Of a stretch of DNA of 32,000 bases, positions 24,934 to 32,000 are shown in pieces (position 1 is the stretch's first letter; each line of letters starts with the position of its first letter). The notes beneath the pieces are model-generated. The model saw only the letters and a list, made by a program, of their open reading frames with translations, was not told where the DNA came from and did not search any database. Source of the DNA: Candidatus Heimdallarchaeota archaeon (GTDB lineage Archaea > Asgardarchaeota > Heimdallarchaeia > Heimdallarchaeales > Kariarchaeaceae); contig JASBSB010000003.1 in assembly GCA_030149205.1 (NCBI GenBank), forward strand, positions 240,001 through 272,000. Direction: 5' to 3'. Made by a program: the position numbers and the translations under genes.

Positions 24934-27006
24934 ATGTCAACCAAAGCATTAGTAATAAACAAGGAACTAATAGCAAAATATTTTTCGGATAATCAAAACT
25001 TGGAGCTCGTACATGCATTAATCGGAATTCTGTCATTAAGACCAGTATGGAGTTTTAAAGAACTCTCACAAATACTTAAAATCAATCAGTTAACTCTTCA
25101 AGAATGGATTGGAAGAATATTACAGATGAATATTCTTTCTATGGAAATTCAAAAAAGCTCTGTAAAGTTAGGTCCAGGAAAAGTGATATTTGCACCTTCA
25201 GATGAGAAATTAACTATATTAGAAAAAACATATCTTGCCTATATTAAAGGGAGAATTCAATTTGATTTAAAAGAAATGGAAAGCCTTTTTGAATTAAACG
25301 AACATCAGGTATTCCTATTTCTAGGAAATTTTATAGCTAAAGGGTTTGTAGAAGTAGTTGGAGTTACAGGTAACACTTATTCAATGATCACAAAAATAAA
25401 AATCCCAAAAAAAACACTTGAAAGCCTTGAACCCCTTGATATACAAATACTAGGGTATGCAATGCTTAAGGAACAGATTACATTTAACGATTTGTCATCA
25501 GAATTGGATATTACTCTGTATAATGTTCAAACAGTGTTAATTGATCTCATTTTAAGTGAAACTATCTCAGTGAATTTTATTTATCAAAAACAGAGGTTTA
25601 AGGGAAGTCGATATTCATTTCAAGTCATACAGACTAATTTTCCATTTGTAGAGCTACCCTTCCATCAATTGAATGAAAAAGAAAGACTGCTTGTGGGCAT
25701 CACATCAATGTACCCAAATCTAAAGCTCCAAGAATTGATGAAACTTACAAAATTGCCTAAGCATCAAATACTGGATACAATTAGTAAGTTAACTGCAACA
25801 ACACAGTATAAATTTAAAATAAATAATGAAAATGTGATCTCGCTAAGTTTACCACCTGTACTGGATCAACAGGAAACTTTGACTGCATTGGAAGAAAATA
25901 GGCTGTTTAATTACCGAGAATTAGTGGGGAGAATCCAAACCACTCCAACAATTAAATTAGTAGATCTCGCAAAACATATGAACACAAATATTGACCAAAT
26001 AATCAAGGCCCTTGTGGTTCTCTATGGGAACAAAATTATAAACGGTGAGTTTCTTAATGGGGGAATCTTTAGATTAACAGGTATTCAACGTGATAACCAA
26101 ACCATGGATGAACTCTTAAATCCTGATGAAAAAAAACTCTTAGGCATGCTCATCGCTCATCAGAAAGTTTCCTGGTCAATGCTTCGGTTAACTTTAAACA
26201 AAAGTAATGAAGAGCTCAATAAACTAATATATTCGTTTATTTCTTTGGGAATCGGAAAAATTGGGGTTAAGAACAAAAAAGAGATTATGCTTATTCAAAA
26301 AATTGAGATTCCTCTTATGACCTCAATAGATGAGCTATCTGGGTTTCAAAAGGAAATCTTGGGTTATGTTAGCCTGGCCCGTAACCCAAATTTTAAAGAA
26401 TTAAGTTCAATATATAAGGTTGATAAAAACTCCCTCAAAGATGAAATTTACTTCCTTATTGGGTCTGGAATTATAGTTGGTATAATTTCAAAAAATCAAA
26501 TCCTCCCCACAAAAGTAAGGATAGAACCACCTAACGCCTCAATTGAGTCCAAGTCATTTCTTATGCAAAAAATTGCTGAACAACTCCTTACAGTTAAGAA
26601 TAGAAATAAGATTTCTATTAAATCTATAGCGAAAAGCCTTAAGGAAGACAAAAATGAGGTTTTACGTAACCTGTTTGTGCTCACATCTGAAGGGTTTATA
26701 ATTGGTACGTTAAGTGGAAACAAGCTCAAACTCACAAAGTCCTTAATTAAGTATCATAGTAAATTTACTTGTTTCTTCTGTGGAATTGAGATCAAAAGAA
26801 ACCAAGAGTTTTGTAAATCTTGTGGGAACAGGGTAATCCATTGTTCAGTTTGTAGGAGTGTGATCAGTGGTGAGGAAAGCAAACTGAAATGTCCAAGTTG
26901 TAATAACATTGCTCACGAAGAACATTTGATTGATTGGTTGCGAATTAAATCTGAGTGTCCAATTTGTAAAGTTAAGCTCAAACTCAACCAATTTGTTAAA
27001 ATATAA
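24934..27006 (+). CDS. Tandem winged-helix (PCI-like) repeat protein with C-terminal zinc ribbon and RING-like finger
   Basis: About eight ~50-aa wHTH-like units (e.g. QILGYAMLKEQITFNDLSSELDI...LIDLILSETI; EILGYVSLARNPNFKELSSIYKV...YFLIGSGIIVG). Then CFFC...CKSC (from 26770) and CSVC-x12-CPSC-x4-HEEH..DW..CPIC (26842-26967). Confidence 0.72.
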   Translation: MSTKALVINKELIAKYFSDNQNLELVHALIGILSLRPVWSFKELSQILKINQLTLQEWIGRILQMNILSMEIQKSSVKLGPGKVIFAPSDEKLTILEKTYLAYIKGRIQFDLKEMESLFELNEHQVFLFLGNFIAKGFVEVVGVTGNTYSMITKIKIPKKTLESLEPLDIQILGYAMLKEQITFNDLSSELDITLYNVQTVLIDLILSETISVNFIYQKQRFKGSRYSFQVIQTNFPFVELPFHQLNEKERLLVGITSMYPNLKLQELMKLTKLPKHQILDTISKLTATTQYKFKINNENVISLSLPPVLDQQETLTALEENRLFNYRELVGRIQTTPTIKLVDLAKHMNTNIDQIIKALVVLYGNKIINGEFLNGGIFRLTGIQRDNQTMDELLNPDEKKLLGMLIAHQKVSWSMLRLTLNKSNEELNKLIYSFISLGIGKIGVKNKKEIMLIQKIEIPLMTSIDELSGFQKEILGYVSLARNPNFKELSSIYKVDKNSLKDEIYFLIGSGIIVGIISKNQILPTKVRIEPPNASIESKSFLMQKIAEQLLTVKNRNKISIKSIAKSLKEDKNEVLRNLFVLTSEGFIIGTLSGNKLKLTKSLIKYHSKFTCFFCGIEIKRNQEFCKSCGNRVIHCSVCRSVISGEESKLKCPSCNNIAHEEHLIDWLRIKSECPICKVKLKLNQFVKI

Positions 27007-27104
27007 TATCTCTGAAAATCTCTCCATAATAAAATAAAAATATAGAATTACTTTTTAATATTCTGTTTTCAAAAACCATGTAGAAGAAAGGAATAGGTCA
27101 TTTT

Positions 27105-28973
27105 ATGAAGCGAAAATTGGTATCATTCATCCTCATATTACTCTTTTTTATGAGTTTACTTCCTGCGTTTTCAGTGCAAACAAAGGCAACATCAACGGTT
27201 CCATCACCGAATTTCTTATCCATTAAAGTTGGAAACAATGTTGTAAATAATTATGTATTCACAAATGGAACAGAAATTTCAATACAATATTCAGCAGACA
27301 GATTTGCAGTTGATGGCTTACTAATATTGGGAACGGGTAGTGGTCTAACTCTAAACAAAACACTTGCAAAACAGATGAATCATACCTTCGCAATTGACAG
27401 TGCCTTGAAGGCACTTAGGTATTTTTCCTATAAATTAAATGTCACAGGCTTTACACAATTTTATGTCTGGGCATGGTCTCAAAATATTAATAATGGAACA
27501 AGGGAAGCTATTACAAATTTTGACAGTTCTATAACAGGAAATATGGGGTACCACTCTCTTTGGATAAGTGATTCTTATAGATTCCCTGAATTCAATAACG
27601 CAAATGCTACAAGAGTACCTGGTTCCACACTCGATTATCAGGCAAAACTTGGGTCTGTTGTATCGATAATTTATAGAGTATACGATCCAAATAATAAGAC
27701 CTTCGCAGTTCTTCAATTAGCTGATAATAAAACTAATGTCTATAATACATCTACTTCCTTTATGTCTGTCAATATGACCTTTTTAAGATTTGACAGTCTA
27801 ACTAATTTTACGTATTTTGGATATAATTATACACTTACAAGATCAATTGTGTTCTTTAGTGCTTACAACAACAGAGGTTGGGAAAGAAGTCTAACAAACT
27901 CCAACACAGGATTAGTTCATACTCTTTCTGACTACTTAGGATTTAATTCAACTTTATCAACATTGAATTCTAATGCGTTTACTGATATTGATATTCCGAA
28001 GTTCAATGTAACAGCTTTCAATACAACTTCAGACGACAGCCTTTATGTAAGATACAGAACTTATACTAATTTAACAACAACAACACCATCTAATTGGACA
28101 AATGTAAAGCTAAATAATTTGACAACACCTAAATTTGTTAACACATCATTTTTAGGAAAACTTGTTGCTACTTCATTAGTAACTGTCTATGGATTTAATC
28201 TAAATTTTACACTTAATTTGTCCCAAAGAATTGAGTTTCAGCCTTATCTAAAAAACAGAAATTACACCCAATACAGTCAATCTAAGACCTTTACAATTGC
28301 TGATTCTCGGCCGACAACAACTTTCATAACTAAGAATGGATGGTTAACAAATAAATTCAATCAAACAGTTGTGTTTAAAGTAACCAACCTTAAGGGGACA
28401 GTAACAAATACGTCGTTAATCATCAAGTTGGGTGCGAACGTGACAACAATTAATGTTGCTGGTTTAAAAAATTTGAAGACAAACGCAACCGACAGTTTTC
28501 TTGTAACCAAAGAGGGAAACTATACTTTAACACTTTTTGCTAAAAATTCCTTTAACAGGACAAGAAATGTTACAGTTTATTTCATTGTTGATAAGACAGC
28601 ACCAACAGGAAACCTCACCTTGGATACAAATAAATCAAATTTAAACAATGGTAAAGTCACAATTGATGTGACCGCAAGTGATAAGGGTCTAGTTCCAAGT
28701 AATATTTCAATAATGAAAGTTAGTTGGGGTGATGGGATTGTTCAAGATGTGACCAAATTATCTTCTGTGACACATCAATATACCAGAGCTGGTGATTACA
28801 CAATTTTATTAACTGTAATAGATCGAGCAGGAAATTCATTTAACATAACTTTAAATGTTAAGGTTTCTTTACCAACTAAAACAAGTGTTAATCCAGGTCC
28901 ATTGCTTTTAATTCCAATATTTTTAGCATTCACCTCGATTTTGATCATTTTAAAGAAAAGAAAATTACAGTAA
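27105..28973 (+). CDS. Secreted/cell-surface glycoprotein with Ig-like and PKD domains and C-terminal membrane anchor
   Basis: Signal peptide MKRKLVSFILILLFFMSLLPAFS, beta-rich Thr/Asn body, VDKTAP, PKD signature VSWGDG...THQYTRAGDYTILLTV, C-terminal PGP + hydrophobic helix + KKRK. Confidence 0.8.
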   Translation: MKRKLVSFILILLFFMSLLPAFSVQTKATSTVPSPNFLSIKVGNNVVNNYVFTNGTEISIQYSADRFAVDGLLILGTGSGLTLNKTLAKQMNHTFAIDSALKALRYFSYKLNVTGFTQFYVWAWSQNINNGTREAITNFDSSITGNMGYHSLWISDSYRFPEFNNANATRVPGSTLDYQAKLGSVVSIIYRVYDPNNKTFAVLQLADNKTNVYNTSTSFMSVNMTFLRFDSLTNFTYFGYNYTLTRSIVFFSAYNNRGWERSLTNSNTGLVHTLSDYLGFNSTLSTLNSNAFTDIDIPKFNVTAFNTTSDDSLYVRYRTYTNLTTTTPSNWTNVKLNNLTTPKFVNTSFLGKLVATSLVTVYGFNLNFTLNLSQRIEFQPYLKNRNYTQYSQSKTFTIADSRPTTTFITKNGWLTNKFNQTVVFKVTNLKGTVTNTSLIIKLGANVTTINVAGLKNLKTNATDSFLVTKEGNYTLTLFAKNSFNRTRNVTVYFIVDKTAPTGNLTLDTNKSNLNNGKVTIDVTASDKGLVPSNISIMKVSWGDGIVQDVTKLSSVTHQYTRAGDYTILLTVIDRAGNSFNITLNVKVSLPTKTSVNPGPLLLIPIFLAFTSILIILKKRKLQ

Positions 28974-29017
28974 TGGTTTCCAAAATTATTATTATACTCG
29001 ATGTCTAAGTAATCATA

Positions 29018-32000
29018 ATGAGAAATTTTAAATTGGGCACAGTTCTGATAATTTTTGTTCTTATTATCTCAATTTCACCGACCACTGGAGCTACTGTACC
29101 AGTACAGGTAGATAAAGCTACAGTCTCTTCTATTTCTAGCAAGATTGACGCAAAGATACAAATTTTAGACAAAAACCATGACAAAATAGCAGATTCAATT
29201 AAACCTAACTCCCTACCTAATCAATATGTTATAGGTTTCGACAAAGGTTACTATCAGGTTGTTAAATCCAGCCTACAAGCATTAAAAGTTCAAAACAAGA
29301 TATTCATGAACGCTGGTGCAGGAGTGATTTTTGGAAATTGGCAGATGTTAAATCAGATCAACAAAATTCCTGGGGTTAAAATAATCGAACCAAATTTAAA
29401 AGCCCATTCATACCTTGCTTATTCTTCCTCTCAGATTGGAACGAACCCCTTCTTTAGAAATCAAGGATTGACAGGGGCACCATCGACATCAGTTGCAGTT
29501 CTCGACACTGGAATTGATGGGACAAATACTGCTTTTGGGAGCAGGATAATCGCTTGGAAGGATTTTATTGGGGCTTCGAAAGATATTTCAGGTGATGAAT
29601 ACAGTACACCCACTGATGTAAATGGTCATGGATCCCATGTTGCTGGGATTGTTGCTGGACAGCCCGTCCAAGACAATGGACATTTTTTCAAGGTGACTGA
29701 GGGGGTAATACCTCAAACAGGTCGTATCTCACTACAAACGGCAATCCCAAACATAGTTGCATCATCGGTAGTAAATGTAACTCTTGATTGGGGTCTCCCA
29801 GGTAAAGACAACCCAGGATCATCAATATTTTTATTCATTGCACAAAGCTCAACACCAACTACACAAACCAAACTAATTAAAACAGATACATCTGGGTTCT
29901 ATTCAACAACTTTCACACTCCCAAGTGGAAGTTATATTGCTTCAGTGGGTTATTCTTCATCATTTAGTCCAATCAACGCGACGGGGCAAAAGTTTAACCT
30001 AAAAATTAGTTTAGAGAAAGATACCTCAATCCCAACGACCTCAATTCAGGATTATAAAGGTATTGCCTATACTTCCAACTTAGTTGGATTAAAGGTATTA
30101 GACGATTCAGGAAATGGTACTCTCTCATCTGTGTTAGCCGGGGTGAACTGGGTATTGGCAAATCATAATACATATAATATCACAGTAGTAAATCTTAGTT
30201 TAGGACTTGGTACTGTTTCTGTTAACTTGGATACTGCAATAAATGATTTAGCAAACGCAGGGGTGATACCTGTAGTAGCTGCGGGTAACGATGGCCCAAA
30301 TGCACTAGGGGTGGGATCTCCTGGGTCTGCTGCATTAGCAATCACTGTTGGCGCTGTAAACCCTATGAATCAAATTACCTATTATAGCAGCAGAGGTACA
30401 AGTTCATTTAACTCTCAAGTTATGAAGCCAGATGTACTTGCACCAGGAGGCTCAGCAGCGATACCAGGGTTAGCGGACAATTCAGCATACTTACCAGGAC
30501 TTGGTGAGATAACTTCAGTTCAGTCTAATCTGCATTCAAGTCTGGGGTTATCGAAGAACAACCTACTAGACGAACAGGGTACCAGTATGGCCTCACCACA
30601 TATTGCAGGATTGGCACAGGACCTAATAGGTTACTTGATTAATAATGGCACGTATGTCAAAAGTCTTGCAACTGTAAAGTTAATCAAAAATGCTATTTTA
30701 GCTACAAGTTTTGAAGTAGCAAATATTTATGGTGGAGCTGAAAACTTAAATGGTGGACTGGCAGCTTCACCTACAATCGATAGGACAGGAAAAGATTATT
30801 ATGAGGGATGGGGAGCAGCTAATGCTATGGCAGCACTTCAATTCCTTAAAAATTCACTAAAGGTGAACTCTGCCACTTCATTTAAATTGAGTCTATTAAA
30901 TCCATTCCAACCGAAATCATATTCCGCAACCATCAATTTGATTGGAGGAACTAGTTACAATTTTACAGTAACTGTGCCCAGTGGTGCAGATGCAGATTTA
31001 TGGGTTGTTAATTCAGCTGGAAACTCGAATGGTGAACCTCAAATTTTAGCTTCAAGCACAAAAACTGGAAGTGTAAATGAATCACTGGTATTTACACCAG
31101 CACAATCAGGAGAGTATCACGTGGTGGTAAAGTTAGTTAACTCAGCAAACAGTGTGGATAATTTTGCATTATACGTTTTTGATCCTACTTATACCCCAAT
31201 TGTAGATTTCATTCAACCTTTAAATAATCATTATTATAACTCTTCCAGCCTTCAGGCTATTTTTAGCACCCCTGAAAACCTTGGTCAGATTTATTTAGAT
31301 AATGTTTTCCTTGGTTCCTCTGGTTCACCCTATCAACTACCAACTCTCACAGAAGGCGGTCATAATTTGACTGTTTGGACATCTAACCCTAGAACCGGTA
31401 AATCTGCAGGGAATACATCATTGTTCACCATCGATATTACAAAACCCACCCTTACTGGAAATCTAACGAATCTAAACACAGATAAGAATTTTATAGTGAC
31501 ATACTCGTCAACTGATAATTTTGCCATGGCAAATGTCTCACTGTATTTAGGAGGCACTTTAGCAGCCAGCTCAAATACTCCCTCTGGTAGTTTGACTGTG
31601 AATGTAGCCAGCTTTCCTCCAGGTACATACACAATGAACTTGGTCGCGATAGATAAAGCAGGAAATACAAAATCAATAACTGCAACTTTAGTATTAACAC
31701 ATGAAATTTACTTTGTTCCCAAACCAAGTGACATATTAGAATGGAGGAGTTCACCACAAACAATTACTTGGGAGGTCTACTCAAATAAACCTAAAAGTTA
31801 TAGTATATCTATTGATGGAACTAATATTATCAATAAAGTAACATGGGATGGAAAACCAATCTCATTTACTCATAACTTTACCAAGCTAGGAAACTTTGTG
31901 TTAAACCTCACAGTAACAACAACCACAGGAATTACACAGAAGATATTTACTGCTTTAACTATAAGAGACACACTTCCACCTCAGATTAGTGCAAATCTTA
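29018..32000 (+). CDS. Secreted subtilisin-like S8 serine protease with PPC-like and Ig-like C-terminal domains; runs off the window edge
   Basis: Not in the ORF track. Manual translation from ATG 29018 is open for 994 codons. Signal peptide, propeptide, VAVLDTG (Asp codon 29504), NGHGSHVAG (His 29627), AAGN, KPDVLAPG, GTSMASPH (Ser 29584+1000=30584), followed by beta-sandwich repeats (DITKP, IDKAGN, RDTLPP). Confidence 0.93.
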   Translation, partial: MRNFKLGTVLIIFVLIISISPTTGATVPVQVDKATVSSISSKIDAKIQILDKNHDKIADSIKPNSLPNQYVIGFDKGYYQVVKSSLQALKVQNKIFMNAGAGVIFGNWQMLNQINKIPGVKIIEPNLKAHSYLAYSSSQIGTNPFFRNQGLTGAPSTSVAVLDTGIDGTNTAFGSRIIAWKDFIGASKDISGDEYSTPTDVNGHGSHVAGIVAGQPVQDNGHFFKVTEGVIPQTGRISLQTAIPNIVASSVVNVTLDWGLPGKDNPGSSIFLFIAQSSTPTTQTKLIKTDTSGFYSTTFTLPSGSYIASVGYSSSFSPINATGQKFNLKISLEKDTSIPTTSIQDYKGIAYTSNLVGLKVLDDSGNGTLSSVLAGVNWVLANHNTYNITVVNLSLGLGTVSVNLDTAINDLANAGVIPVVAAGNDGPNALGVGSPGSAALAITVGAVNPMNQITYYSSRGTSSFNSQVMKPDVLAPGGSAAIPGLADNSAYLPGLGEITSVQSNLHSSLGLSKNNLLDEQGTSMASPHIAGLAQDLIGYLINNGTYVKSLATVKLIKNAILATSFEVANIYGGAENLNGGLAASPTIDRTGKDYYEGWGAANAMAALQFLKNSLKVNSATSFKLSLLNPFQPKSYSATINLIGGTSYNFTVTVPSGADADLWVVNSAGNSNGEPQILASSTKTGSVNESLVFTPAQSGEYHVVVKLVNSANSVDNFALYVFDPTYTPIVDFIQPLNNHYYNSSSLQAIFSTPENLGQIYLDNVFLGSSGSPYQLPTLTEGGHNLTVWTSNPRTGKSAGNTSLFTIDITKPTLTGNLTNLNTDKNFIVTYSSTDNFAMANVSLYLGGTLAASSNTPSGSLTVNVASFPPGTYTMNLVAIDKAGNTKSITATLVLTHEIYFVPKPSDILEWRSSPQTITWEVYSNKPKSYSISIDGTNIINKVTWDGKPISFTHNFTKLGNFVLNLTVTTTTGITQKIFTALTIRDTLPPQISANL

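Noticed and set aside
273-31763. Many short ORFs in the track antisense to or overlapping confident genes (e.g. 273-461, 534-911, 2144-2386, 2931-3903, 6309-7234, 11340-11639, 21006-21356, 23615-24731, 30163-31763)
   Set aside because: Shadow ORFs of well-supported genes on the other strand or frame, with no independent motifs.
1-32000. CRISPR arrays, rRNA, IS elements, prophage or provirus genes
   Set aside because: No regularly spaced repeats, no rRNA-like GC-rich tract, and no transposase, integrase or capsid motifs seen on either strand.

Overview
AT-rich, gene-dense archaeal chromosomal window, most likely from an Asgard archaeon (probably Heimdallarchaeia-like; this is an inference). 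Archaeal markers are eS1/S3Ae, an archaeal-type ThrRS editing domain, 20S proteasome alpha and beta subunits and a tRNA-Thr without encoded CCA. Eukaryote-signature-like proteins are a longin-like domain and a tandem winged-helix (PCI-like) protein ending in a RING-like finger. Housekeeping genes are thrS (truncated at the left edge), oppD/oppF-type ATPases, nth, trxB, psmB-psmA, rps3ae, serS, rdgB and pdxS-pdxT. A secreted glycoprotein and an S8 protease (truncated at the right edge) close the window. Two real genes are missing from the supplied ORF track because they run off the edges: thrS (433 to <1) and the S8 protease (29018 to >32000). The most notable items are: (1) a nickel superoxide dismutase with its maturation protease (sodX-sodN) and palindromes in both promoters; (2) a longin-wHTH fusion preceded by a perfect 10-11-10 inverted repeat; (3) an 8x wHTH + Zn-ribbon + RING-variant protein; (4) an adjacent psmB-psmA pair with a divergent alpha subunit; (5) a PD-(D/E)xK nuclease/coiled-coil gene coupled to nth; (6) a Zn-ribbon/CdvA-like coiled-coil protein; (7) a degenerate orphan chemoreceptor. 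I found no rRNA, CRISPR array, integrase or transposase. All calls come from motif recognition by eye; no searches were run.
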